Below are positions 1 to 8,888 of a stretch of 32,000 nt of DNA, one piece after another (within the stretch, counting starts at the first letter, position 1; every line of letters starts with the position of its first letter). Origin of the DNA: Phycisphaera mikurensis NBRC 102666 (GTDB lineage Bacteria > Planctomycetota > Phycisphaerae > Phycisphaerales > Phycisphaeraceae); contig NC_017080.1 of assembly GCF_000284115.1 (NCBI RefSeq), forward strand, positions 2,820,001 through 2,852,000. The letters run 5' to 3'. A program made the translations under genes and the position numbers. The notes below the pieces were generated by a model. That model was not told the origin of the DNA. It did not search any database and saw nothing but the letters and a program-made list of their open reading frames with translations.

Positions 1-127
1 CCTCGGGGTCCAGGTCCGCCTTCGCGCAGAGCTCGAGGGCGGCCTTGGGGCCGATCCCGTAGATGTAGCGGAAGGAGATCCGCAGGGGCTTGTTGTCCGG
101 GATCTCGGTGCCGATGATGCGTGGCAT
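1..127 (-). CDS. rpsM: 30S ribosomal protein S13, N-terminal part (runs off window)
   Basis: Reverse strand reads MPRIIGTEIPDNKPLRISFRYIYGIGPKAALELCAKADLDPE, typical S13 N-terminus; adjacent to rpmJ and infA. Confidence 0.93.
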   Translation of the reverse strand, partial: MPRIIGTEIPDNKPLRISFRYIYGIGPKAALELCAKADLDPE

Positions 128-225
128 GGGGGTTCCGCCGGGGGGGGCGGCCTTGGGTTGGGTTCGGGGGTCCGGAGGGTTCCGGAGGAGCGGGCGAGCG
201 GCGGACGCCGCCCGCCGGCCTTGCT

Positions 226-381
226 TCACTTCTTCACGCCGCGCTTGACCTTCGCTCCGCCCTGCCGGGCCTTGAACTTGGGGTTGGACTTGCAGATGAC
301 GTAGACGCGGCCGCGGCGGCGGACGATCTGGCAGTCCTCGGAGCGGGACTTCAACTTGCCGATGGAGCTGACGACTTTCAT
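226..381 (-). CDS. rpmJ: 50S ribosomal protein L36 (C-minus-like form)
   Basis: [51 protein letters not shown]; start re-assigned to internal ATG of the 226..432 ORF. Confidence 0.88.
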   Translation of the reverse strand: MKVVSSIGKLKSRSEDCQIVRRRGRVYVICKSNPKFKARQGGAKVKRGVKK

Positions 382-444
382 GAGCGTTTCGCCTTCAGGC
401 GGAGGGTGGACGAGGGAGCGGGTGCGAGGCAACAGACCCCCGCT

Positions 445-660
445 TCAGCGGCGGTAGGTGATGCGGCCCTTGGTGAGGTCGTACGGGCTGATCTCGACCG
501 ACACCACGTCGCCGGGCAGGATCCGGATGTAGTGCTTCCGCATCCGGCCGGAGATGGTCGCGATGATCTGGTGATCGTTCTCGAGCTTGACGCGGAACAT
601 CGCGCTCGGGAGGGACTCGGTCACCTCCCCCTCGAACTGGAGCATGTCTTCTTTGGGCAC
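445..660 (-). CDS. infA: Translation initiation factor IF-1
   Basis: (GTG)[70 protein letters not shown], canonical IF-1. Confidence 0.95.
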   Translation of the reverse strand: MPKEDMLQFEGEVTESLPSAMFRVKLENDHQIIATISGRMRKHYIRILPGDVVSVEISPYDLTKGRITYRR

Positions 661-998
661 GGCAGGCTCCGGGGGCGGTACGCGGGCTCGGGGCGGCGTG
701 CCCTCGAACCCCGCGGGAGGGGAAGCAACGGGTTCGACCCGCACCCTCGGTAGGTGCAGGCAACGATCGCCCGCCCGCGGCTTGCGACGCGGGGCGGAGA
801 GGATAGCAGGGTTTCGCGAGCGTGTAAGGACGGGTGTCGGGCGAGCGGGTTCGGAGGCTCGTTCGGTTTCCGGGGACGCCGAGCACCGCGGCTCGGAGCG
901 GCCGTGCGGGTCGACGCGGGGCTGGATTCCGGTCGTGCTGCGCCCGATCCGGGCACGTGGAGGAGTGACTGCCGTCAGGCGGCTGCGCCGCCGGCGTG

Positions 999-1055
999 TC
1001 GAACCTGCGACCTCCGGCCACCGCTCCGCGGTGGCTCGGAGGCCGACAGGTTCGA
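999..1055. repeat. Large palindrome carrying tRNA T-arm-like sequence
   Basis: TCGAACCTG (999-1007) ... CAGGTTCGA (1047-1055) enclosing CCTCCG-GCCACCGC-TCC-GCGGTGGC-T-CGGAGG. 999-1017 is a 19-nt exact copy of tRNA positions 1129-1147. Confidence 0.8.
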
Positions 1056-1073
1056 ATCCAAGACCTCAGCACA

Positions 1074-1113
1074 ATTGAAAGAACCCCGGCCCAACGGGCC
1101 GGGGTTCTTTCAA

Positions 1114-1114
<1 letters not shown>
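1074..1114 (-). terminator. Terminator-type hairpin abutting the 3' end of the tRNA
   Basis: ATTGAAAGAACCCCGGCCC-AAC-GGGCCGGGGTTCTTTCAAT, 19-bp perfect arms. Confidence 0.85.
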
Positions 1115-1187
<73 letters not shown>

Positions 1188-1229
1188 GCTGTGCCTTCAG
1201 TTTAGCCAGCCCGCCGCGGGGCCGCAAAT

Positions 1230-1275
1230 CCGCGGACCGCCGCCCGAAAAGCCGGGGAAACCTCACGGTCCGCGG
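1230..1275. repeat. 46-nt palindromic element, copy 1
   Basis: CCGCGGACCG (1230-1239), N26, CGGTCCGCGG (1266-1275); 2 nt from the stop codon of the 1278..2276 gene. Confidence 0.85.
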
Positions 1276-1277
1276 GT

Positions 1278-2276
1278 TCAGCCCAGCGCCCGGCCGACCG
1301 CCGCGACGACCTCCGCGTGGCAGGGGCCGTTGGTCGCGATGACGCCGCGGTTGTTGTCGAGGCCGCGGCCTTTCGAGAAGTCCAGCCGCCTGCCGTCGAC
1401 ATCGGTGACGGTGCCGCCCGCCTCCTCGAGCACGGCGACGCCGGCGGCGTGGTCCCAGATGCGCTCGACGTAGCCCGGCCGCGTCGGCAGCCGCAGGTAC
1501 GCGTCGGCCACCCCCATGGCGACCGCGGCGTACTTCGCCTGGCTGTCCATCCGCACCGGGTCGGCGGTGACGCCGAGCATCCTCACCACCTCGGCGGCCG
1601 CGTCCTGCTTGGTGTGCCCGCTCTCGACGCTCTCGCACACGCGGAGCACGCCGGGCACGCTCCGCTCGCTCACGGCGATCTTCCGCCCGTGGTGCGGGTC
1701 GTGGTCCGTGCCCTCCACCGGGTGCCGGTACGCGCCGGCTCCCTTCACCGCGACCAGCACCACGCCCGGCTCGTCCTGGCCGTCCACCGCGAGATTCGGG
1801 CACCCGAGCACGCCGCCCACCACCTCGCCGCCCTCGATCAGCCCCAGCGCCACCGCGTACTGCTCGCCGCGGAGGAAGCCCTTCGTGCCGTCGATCGGGT
1901 CGAGCGCCCAGTAGCGGTCTTTCCGCGGATCGTCGTCCCCGGCGGTCGCCGGATCGAACGATCCGCGGTCGATGGCCTCGATCGCCTCCTCGGCGGGCAT
2001 CCCCGCGTGCACCGCCACGCGCCCGAGCAGGTCGCGGTGCTCCCCGGTCCGCAGCTCCTCGGAGCCCTCCTCGCCGACGACGACCAGATCCGGGCACCGC
2101 TCCGCGAGGATCCCGCAGACCACCGCCTGCGAGGCGAAGTCGGCCACGGTCACCGGCGACTTGTCGCCCTTCTCCAGCGTGCCCGCGTTGACCAGGTCCG
2201 CCTGCACCCGCACGCAAACCTTGCAAGCCGCCCGCACCGCCTCCAGCCCCGCCTCGATCAGCTCGTCTCGGTTCAT
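1278..2276 (-). CDS. Inositol monophosphatase-family / 3'(2'),5'-bisphosphate nucleotidase-like phosphatase
   Basis: Motifs VVGEEGSEE and DPIDGTKGFLRGEQYAVALGLI, plus C-terminal ERIWDHAAGVAVLEEAGGTVTDVDG. Confidence 0.9.
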   Translation of the reverse strand: MNRDELIEAGLEAVRAACKVCVRVQADLVNAGTLEKGDKSPVTVADFASQAVVCGILAERCPDLVVVGEEGSEELRTGEHRDLLGRVAVHAGMPAEEAIEAIDRGSFDPATAGDDDPRKDRYWALDPIDGTKGFLRGEQYAVALGLIEGGEVVGGVLGCPNLAVDGQDEPGVVLVAVKGAGAYRHPVEGTDHDPHHGRKIAVSERSVPGVLRVCESVESGHTKQDAAAEVVRMLGVTADPVRMDSQAKYAAVAMGVADAYLRLPTRPGYVERIWDHAAGVAVLEEAGGTVTDVDGRRLDFSKGRGLDNNRGVIATNGPCHAEVVAAVGRALG

Positions 2277-2477
2277 GGCGCGACCCTATCGGGTCGCTCC
2301 GCCTGCGGCGGGGTGAGGCCCGGGATTCGTCGGGCTTCGGCCGGCAGAGCCCGGCGGAGCAGAGCGGCGGCCGGAGGCCGATGCTCTGGCCGCCGCGCTC
2401 CTTTGCTCCGGAATCCCGGCGCGAGTCGCGTCTGCGCTCTTTCGCTGCGTGACCCCGAGCAGCGGCGGAGGAAAAGA

Positions 2478-2523
2478 CCGCGGACCGTGGCCTCTCCGCA
2501 CGCCGCAGGCCCGCGGTCCGCGG
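2478..2523. repeat. 46-nt palindromic element, copy 2
   Basis: CCGCGGACCG (2478-2487), N26, CGGTCCGCGG (2514-2523), with further near-complementary flanks GGAAAAGA / CTCTTTCC. Confidence 0.85.
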
Positions 2524-2687
2524 CTCTTTCCTGGAGCGACCTCCCGCGGCCTCGGCCGGGCCGGTGCGTCAACGATCTAATGTCCCGGGGTCACGCCGAC
2601 CGGAGTCGACGGGCGCCACCCGCAGAGGCCGCTCCGCGGCCTCGGAGGCGCGAACCTCCCCAACCTCATCCCGCCGGAGGCGGAGCT

Positions 2688-4508
2688 TTGCCTGTCGCCA
2701 ACCCGTACATCCGCAACTTCTGCATCATCGCCCACATCGACCACGGGAAGAGCACCCTGGCCGACCGCATGCTGCAGGGCACCGGGGCGATGGACGACCG
2801 CACCGCCCAGGACCAGAAGCTCGACTCGATGGACATCGAGCGCGAGCGCGGCATCACCATCAAGGCCGCCGCCGTCTCCGTCGAGCACACCTGGAACGGG
2901 CAGACCTACGAGCTCAACTTCATCGACACCCCCGGCCACGTCGACTTCCACTACGAGGTCAGCCGCGCCCTGGCCGCCTGCGAGGGCGCCTGCCTCATCG
3001 TCGACGCCACACAGGGCGTTGAGGCCCAGACCGTCGCCAACCTCTACAAGGCCGTCGACGCCGACCTCGAGCTCATCCCGGTCATCAACAAGATCGACCT
3101 GCCCTCCGCCGAGCCCGAGCGGCGGGCCATGCAGGTCGAGGACGTCCTGGGCCTGCCCGCCGAGGACTGCATCCTCACCTCCGCCAAGTCCGGCCAGGGC
3201 GTGGCCGAGCTGCTCGACGCCATCTGCGAGCGCTTCCCCCCACCGGAAGGCGAGATCGAAGCGCCCCTGCAGGCCCTCATCTTCGACGCCAAGTACGACG
3301 ACTACCGCGGCGTCATCGTCTACTTCCGCGTCATGAACGGGCGGCTGAAGAAGGGCGACCGCATCCTCTTCATGGGCAAGAAGCGGACCCACCAGGTCAC
3401 CGAGCTGGGCAAGTTCAAACCCGACATGGAGCCCAACGCCGACCCCTTCGAGGCCGGCGACGTCGGCTACATGATCGCCGGCATCAAGACCCTCGAAGAC
3501 GTCAACATCGGCGACACGATCACGCTGGACAACCACCGCGCCGCCACCGCCCTGCCCGGCTACGAGGAGCCGCAGCCGATGGTCTACTGCGACTTCTACC
3601 CCAGCGGCGACACCATGTTCGACGACCTGCGCGAGGCCATCGGCAAGCTCAAGGTCAACGATGCCAGCTTCACCTACGAGCCCAGCAGCTCCGAGGCCCT
3701 CGGCTCGGGGTTCCGCTGCGGCTTCCTGGGCATGCTCCACATGGACATCATCCAGGAGCGGCTCGAACGCGAGGGCCACGTCTCCCTCGTCCAGACCGCC
3801 CCCACCGTCACCTACGAGGTCCAGCTCACCGCCAACAAGGACGGCGTGCAGGAGGTGATCCAGATCACCAACCCCGCCGAGCTGCCGGACATGAGCCGGG
3901 TGAAGTCCATCCGCGAGCCCATGGTCGCCGCCGAGGTCATCACCCCGACCACCTCGATCGGCGACATCATGAAGCTCTGCGAGAACCGCCGCGGCGTCTA
4001 CAGAGGCCAGCGCTTCCTCTCCGAGGACCGCCAGATCCTCGAGTACGAGCTCCCCCTCGCGGAGATCATCTACGACTTCTTCGACAAGCTCAAGAGCATC
4101 ACCAGCGGCTACGGCACCGTCGACTACCGCGTCACCGGCTTCCAGGCCGGCGAACTCGTCAAGATGGACATCCTCGTCAACGGCTCCCCCGTCGAGGCCC
4201 TCTCGCTCATCGTCCACCGCTCCAAAGCCGAGTCCCGCGGCCGCCACCTCCTCAAGAAGCTCAAGGAGCAGATCGACCGCCACCTGTTCGAGATCCCCCT
4301 CCAAGCCGCCATCGGCGGCAAGATCATCGGGCGCGAGACGATCAAGTCCGTCGGCAAGAACGTCACCGCCAAGTGCTACGGCGGCGACGTGAGCCGCAAG
4401 CGGAAGCTGCTGGAGAAGCAGAAGAAGGGGAAGGACCGGATGAAGCGAATCGGAACGGTGGATATTCCGCAGGGGGCGTTTATGGCGGTGCTGGACACGG
4501 GGGAGTGA
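2688..4508 (+). CDS. lepA: Elongation factor 4 (LepA)
   Basis: NPYIRNFCIIAHIDHGKSTLADRML... FIDTPGHVDFHYEV... INKIDLPSAEP..., full-length match to LepA. TTG start at 2688 preceded by GGAGG (2676-2680). Confidence 0.96.
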   Translation: MPVANPYIRNFCIIAHIDHGKSTLADRMLQGTGAMDDRTAQDQKLDSMDIERERGITIKAAAVSVEHTWNGQTYELNFIDTPGHVDFHYEVSRALAACEGACLIVDATQGVEAQTVANLYKAVDADLELIPVINKIDLPSAEPERRAMQVEDVLGLPAEDCILTSAKSGQGVAELLDAICERFPPPEGEIEAPLQALIFDAKYDDYRGVIVYFRVMNGRLKKGDRILFMGKKRTHQVTELGKFKPDMEPNADPFEAGDVGYMIAGIKTLEDVNIGDTITLDNHRAATALPGYEEPQPMVYCDFYPSGDTMFDDLREAIGKLKVNDASFTYEPSSSEALGSGFRCGFLGMLHMDIIQERLEREGHVSLVQTAPTVTYEVQLTANKDGVQEVIQITNPAELPDMSRVKSIREPMVAAEVITPTTSIGDIMKLCENRRGVYRGQRFLSEDRQILEYELPLAEIIYDFFDKLKSITSGYGTVDYRVTGFQAGELVKMDILVNGSPVEALSLIVHRSKAESRGRHLLKKLKEQIDRHLFEIPLQAAIGGKIIGRETIKSVGKNVTAKCYGGDVSRKRKLLEKQKKGKDRMKRIGTVDIPQGAFMAVLDTGE

Positions 4509-4681
4509 ATTTGCGATGATTCCGTTGCGACGGTCGAACTGCCTCGATGAAAGTTAATATGAGCACTCGGAATTGGTCGGCCAGCCGACACTCAAGAATG
4601 TAAACATCTGCCTTCGCGCCTCACCGAGATCCATGAAAGAATAGGATCTATTCAACCCGAATCGGTTCTTGAAGATTCATC

Positions 4682-7600
4682 ATGCAGTACCACACAATGA
4701 GCGATCCTGATCCTGCTTGGCAGTCAGCCATTGCCGACCGCAACGCGGTCCTCTGGATTACGCTCGGTGGCGCTAAATTGCCTGGCACATCGGTAGACGT
4801 GTATGCTCGCCTCCTCGCACAATCGTGGAACTCGATCTACTTTGAAGATGGATCTCTGCTTGATCGATGCTTCGCCGATGCAGAAAATCTCGCGGAAGAA
4901 TTGAGCTTCAAGCTGCGGCGACTTGATGGTCAAGACAATGAGCTAGCTAGACTGACTGGGAATCGAATCGGTATCTACGTGCCGCCGCTAGCAGATCCTG
5001 TTGAAGATCCCGCGGGCTTCGCCACACGCCTCGACATGTTCCGCCGTGTTCCACAGACCTCCACGGTGTTCGTGATATCTGACGGGGCAGCCGAGGATCT
5101 CAGTCTCGTCTCGCAAGCTTCTCGAATGCTTCCGGATGGAATGCGGGAGGTGGTGATCCTCGGTGGGAAACGCCCCGCTGAGGGTCCGCGTGCGAAGCGA
5201 GCAGTCCACTGGACAGCGGAAGCTGCAACTCTCGCCGCGTTCGCTCGCGAAGCAGTTGAGGCTGCCGATTCGAATGAACTCCGAGTGCGGGTGCGGAGCG
5301 GCACAGGCGTCGCAGATGTGAATCTCACGAAAGCTCTAGATCTCAGTTACCCCATCACAGATCGTTTTCAGATCGTTCGAGCTGCAGAGCTGACGGCCGA
5401 AGTCGAGGCGACGGAGGAGCTAGTTCAGACCCTCTTGACTGCAACCGGGTTCGATACAAGGCCATACGCCGCAGGAATTGTTTACAATCGCAATGGAGCG
5501 ATTCTTCACGACGTGCGACGCGCCCTCAAGAAATTTGAACGCGTCGGCCCGGAAGCGACATCTACTCTATGGATCGATGCAGAACCCGCATCGGGTGCGA
5601 CTACAGCATTGCGGCAACTCGCATTTGATCTTGCTCGCGACGGCTTTCCTGTATTGGTCGCAGATCCCGCCACAGTAGATTTTGACTTTCAGCAGGTCGT
5701 GGCCTTTCTTAAGTCTACTCGAGAAGTCGCTACAGATCAGTCGGATTCCCGCCTCGGCGAGTACCCTTGGGTCATTTTGTTCGATGCTGAACATGTGGCA
5801 AGGTCCGCCGAGTTCGTGACAGGATTAGCGAACGGCCTACGCAAGCGCCGGCAAGCTGCAGCAGTTGTCGCGGTGCGGCCTCACGTCCTATCCGATAATT
5901 CGGGGAGGATCAAAGCTAGCGGGCCTTCCACGTCGCTCGGACACCCGTTGCACAATCTTATTCTTCAATCAGAAGCGGAGGCTTTCGGCGAACACCTGAA
6001 CAAGTTCTTGCCGCTTAACCGCAAACGCAGTAGCCAGGAGTGGGGCAAATTCTGTCGTGAGGCCGAACGCCTCACCGGCACCGGCAAGCAAAGCCTATTT
6101 TGGGTCGCGATTCGATTCTGGCTGTTGCGCATGCCGAATGCTGAAGAGCCGCTGCGACAATGGCTTGCCCGGTCGCTGCAGGTAGTCCTCGAAGGCTCTG
6201 AGGCGCGGATGATGGCGGTTATTGCCACGGCCGTTCTGTCCCGCTACCGCTTGCCCCTTCCGCTGCGTTTGCTGACACCGGATGAGCGGGTCGAGATTCG
6301 AGACGTAGCCAAGCGAGAAGCTCAGGGCCTCGGCTTGCGCGAGCTCGAGGAGGAACGTCGATCTTTCATCTCGTTTCCGCATCCGATGATAGCCGATGAA
6401 ATACTGAGGATTTGCTTGGCCGAGCCGGCGGTTCTTGGATCATTAGGTGTATCGCAATGTTCCGGCCTTCTTGATCTTCAACTCCATGTGATCGAGAAGC
6501 TGATCCCCCGCGATTCGATGGGCTACGCTGAGGTGATACCCATCCTCGAGGAACTAGTGACCACCGCACTTCGCGTGGATCCTCGCTCGGCGCCTTCAAA
6601 CTATGCAGAGCGCGAGCGGATCGTGCTAATGCTTGAGCTGGCTCCAGATTCAGTCTTCGACTCGAGCGAAGTTTTCCTCCACCATCTTGCGATCTCACGT
6701 AGACACTTAGCAGCAGATCCTCCTCCAACAGCCTTCTGGGAGGATCCTGCGGCAGTTTGCGAGCAGCTTGAACTCGCAGAGTCTCATCTGAAAGAAGCCA
6801 TCGATCTTGGTCTCGACCGTGAAAACGAGTCGCAGGAAAAGCCGCTCAATCTCTATGTCTCCCTCGCATTGACTCTTGCTGTTCGCGCGGAATTTGAGCG
6901 AAAGATAGGGCGTTCCGATGAAGGAGATCGCTTTGCAGAGTCAGCTCAAGCACGCTATCTGCAAGCTCAAGCAATCGATCCTGACAACACCTACGTCCTC
7001 GAAAATTACGCTCGCTTGAAGATCAGGCAAGCGCGAGAGACGACGGAGTCTTCCGAACGACTGGAGCTTCTGGCGGACGCAATTTCCCTGCTTGACTGGG
7101 AGATGGCAGTCGACGATCGTAACGACCGCGAGGAGGTCGCACTCGAGGAGATGGTACGAGCCTACTCGATGCTTGAGCATGATACCGGCTTGGCGTCGGT
7201 GCGTGCGCTCGCTTCAACAGGTGCAGAGGCAGCTTCTGTAGTGATTGCTCGATTGCTGGCCTACCCAGATCGTTTTAGTAACCAGACGCAAGAAGAACCA
7301 AGGCTGAAGGAAGCGATCGATCTTCTAAAGCGTATCGATCCGGCTACAGCAAGTTGGCGTTCAAGAATTCTTCTGCACGAGCTTCAGGCTCTCAATGATC
7401 CTTATGGATTTGCAGCTCGTCTTGAACCTCTTGAAGAGCTTGATGCGCTAGGGGAATTCCCATGGCCACTCAAGCTACTGTACGAGCGCGCGATCCTGCT
7501 CTATCAGCTGGGTGAACATAAGAGAGGGAGCGAACATTTCCAGATTCTGCGTGATTCAATCTCATCGCGAAGTTCTGCGGTCTTCATCCCGGACGAACTC

Positions 7601-7855
7601 AGGTTCCTAGCCGACCCTAGAGATGAATTCCGCTCCGCCCTGCTCACGTCCCTCCGAGTGACGAAGACTACTGACGCTGGAAGCAGCTACCGTGGTATCC
7701 CTGAAGGTTGGGGCTCGACAGAGGTCACGTTTCGCCCTTACCTCTTTCCACGACAAAACATTCGTCGAAACGACGATTTAGATTGCATCATTCAATTTAC
7801 AACTTTCGGTCCCCAGGCAGTGCCGCGCAGCGAGATTCAATATGGCAAGGCGTAG
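4682..7855 (+). CDS. Large STAND/SAMD9-like multidomain protein: N-terminal alpha/beta (SIR2-like?) domain, lysine-less P-loop, helical TPR-like region, OB-like tail
   Basis: P-loop-like WIDAEPASGATTALRQLAFDLARDGFPVLVADP, Walker B-like YPWVILFDAEHV, repetitive helical region LNLYVSLALTLAVRAEFERKIGRSDEGDRFAESAQARYLQAQAIDPDNTYVLENYARL, C-terminal VTFRPYLFPRQNIRRNDDLDCIIQFTTFGPQAVP. Alternative ATG at 4697. Confidence 0.6.
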   Translation: MQYHTMSDPDPAWQSAIADRNAVLWITLGGAKLPGTSVDVYARLLAQSWNSIYFEDGSLLDRCFADAENLAEELSFKLRRLDGQDNELARLTGNRIGIYVPPLADPVEDPAGFATRLDMFRRVPQTSTVFVISDGAAEDLSLVSQASRMLPDGMREVVILGGKRPAEGPRAKRAVHWTAEAATLAAFAREAVEAADSNELRVRVRSGTGVADVNLTKALDLSYPITDRFQIVRAAELTAEVEATEELVQTLLTATGFDTRPYAAGIVYNRNGAILHDVRRALKKFERVGPEATSTLWIDAEPASGATTALRQLAFDLARDGFPVLVADPATVDFDFQQVVAFLKSTREVATDQSDSRLGEYPWVILFDAEHVARSAEFVTGLANGLRKRRQAAAVVAVRPHVLSDNSGRIKASGPSTSLGHPLHNLILQSEAEAFGEHLNKFLPLNRKRSSQEWGKFCREAERLTGTGKQSLFWVAIRFWLLRMPNAEEPLRQWLARSLQVVLEGSEARMMAVIATAVLSRYRLPLPLRLLTPDERVEIRDVAKREAQGLGLRELEEERRSFISFPHPMIADEILRICLAEPAVLGSLGVSQCSGLLDLQLHVIEKLIPRDSMGYAEVIPILEELVTTALRVDPRSAPSNYAERERIVLMLELAPDSVFDSSEVFLHHLAISRRHLAADPPPTAFWEDPAAVCEQLELAESHLKEAIDLGLDRENESQEKPLNLYVSLALTLAVRAEFERKIGRSDEGDRFAESAQARYLQAQAIDPDNTYVLENYARLKIRQARETTESSERLELLADAISLLDWEMAVDDRNDREEVALEEMVRAYSMLEHDTGLASVRALASTGAEAASVVIARLLAYPDRFSNQTQEEPRLKEAIDLLKRIDPATASWRSRILLHELQALNDPYGFAARLEPLEELDALGEFPWPLKLLYERAILLYQLGEHKRGSEHFQILRDSISSRSSAVFIPDELRFLADPRDEFRSALLTSLRVTKTTDAGSSYRGIPEGWGSTEVTFRPYLFPRQNIRRNDDLDCIIQFTTFGPQAVPRSEIQYGKA

Positions 7856-8606
7856 CGCTAGAAGACCTTCGAAGCCTGCGAGGCCATCGGAAGACCTATC
7901 CGCGGGCTTGGCGCAGATCCTCGCCCGAAATCACCTACTTTCGGACGCCGCTCACCGCTACGTCACGTTTGTCGAAGGAAGTAGTGATATTGCGTATATC
8001 AATGTAGCGGCATCGAGATTTGCGGAGCGCACGGGAACAGATCTACTCGATGCGGGAAACGGGACGAAATTGACATTCTTTTCACCCGCTCGCCCGAGCT
8101 CCAACCTAGTGAGGCGAGGAGGGGTAGAGCAACTCAAGAAGCTTGCAGATGATCTGAAGGTTTTTGCACTGCAACTCGATGCTGCTGGCCCTATCTGCTT
8201 TCTCTTCGACCATGATCAAGCCGGCTGCGACGGTGCTCGCGAAGTGCGGAAGATGGGGTACCAGACTGACGCGAGATGCGTGCTTACGCTTGATCCAAAG
8301 TATCACCCCCGTGCGTGCAGACATGCTAGAAAAGGTGGCGATCCGGTCGTGATCGAAGATCTCCTGTCGCTCGACCTTCAGCGACGATTTTTTGCTCAAG
8401 GAGGTTCATCATGCGATGTGGCTTACATCTCCGGCGATATCTCACGATTCTCCTGGCGGCATCCGTCAAAAGACGATTTATGTAGATTTGCACAAGCTCA
8501 TGCTTCGTGCGAAGACCTGATCGAAGTGGCTCGTATAATCTGGCGAATTCGCGAACTCTGGAGACTTCCAGTGCCGGAGGAAGCACGACAACTGCTTGAG
8601 GCTTGA
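7842..8606 (+). CDS. TOPRIM-domain protein (putative nuclease/effector)
   Basis: RYVTFVEGSSDIAYINVAAS (TOPRIM Glu motif) and ICFLFDHDQAGCDGAREVRKMGY (DxD..G motif), DnaG-type TOPRIM layout; starts 14 nt before the stop of the upstream gene. Confidence 0.72.
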   Translation: MARRSARRPSKPARPSEDLSAGLAQILARNHLLSDAAHRYVTFVEGSSDIAYINVAASRFAERTGTDLLDAGNGTKLTFFSPARPSSNLVRRGGVEQLKKLADDLKVFALQLDAAGPICFLFDHDQAGCDGAREVRKMGYQTDARCVLTLDPKYHPRACRHARKGGDPVVIEDLLSLDLQRRFFAQGGSSCDVAYISGDISRFSWRHPSKDDLCRFAQAHASCEDLIEVARIIWRIRELWRLPVPEEARQLLEA

Positions 8607-8663
8607 AGGAGCCGCTCGGAGCCGCTGGGGCCGGAGGAGCCGGTAGTGGGCCGCTGGTGGGGG

Positions 8664-8727
8664 AGCCGCTGGGGCCAGACCTACTTCTGAAGGAGGCTGA
8701 TCCGACCCCGCCGATACTCTGATCGGC
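8664..8727. repeat. Left RAYT-flanking direct repeat
   Basis: AGCCGCTGGGGCCAGACCTACTTCTGAAGGAGGCTGATCCGACCCCGCCGATACTCTGATCGGCC; near-copy of 9925-9987. Contains GGCTGATC...GATCGGCC potential stem. Confidence 0.75.
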
Positions 8728-8888
8728 CGCGGGTTGCTTCCTCCACCACCTCCGCCGCCCTCTCCAGGCGAACAGAAGGCCGATTCTCGGCTCTTTCCCG
8801 GGCATCTGGCAACCCGATGCGCAGCAGAGAAAGACCGCGTGCGGCCGGGCGGTCATTGAAGCTCCATTTCCGACAGACTCCTCGGTGG

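Noticed and set aside
1317-2687. N-terminal ~450 aa of the 1063-aa ORF 1317..4508
   Set aside because: Overlaps the phosphatase gene on the other strand and is Arg/Ala/His-rich antisense translation. LepA homology begins only at the TTG at 2688.
2577-4304. 575-aa minus-strand ORF opposite lepA
   Set aside because: Antisense shadow ORF in high-GC DNA; Val/Asp/Leu/Gly-rich with no domain.
4682-7855. Large protein considered as a canonical Avs/NLR or PARIS AriA protein
   Set aside because: No canonical GKT/GKS loop, no recognisable nuclease or protease N-terminus, and no AriA/SMC-like ABC signature could be seen; left as SAMD9/STAND-like pending structure search.
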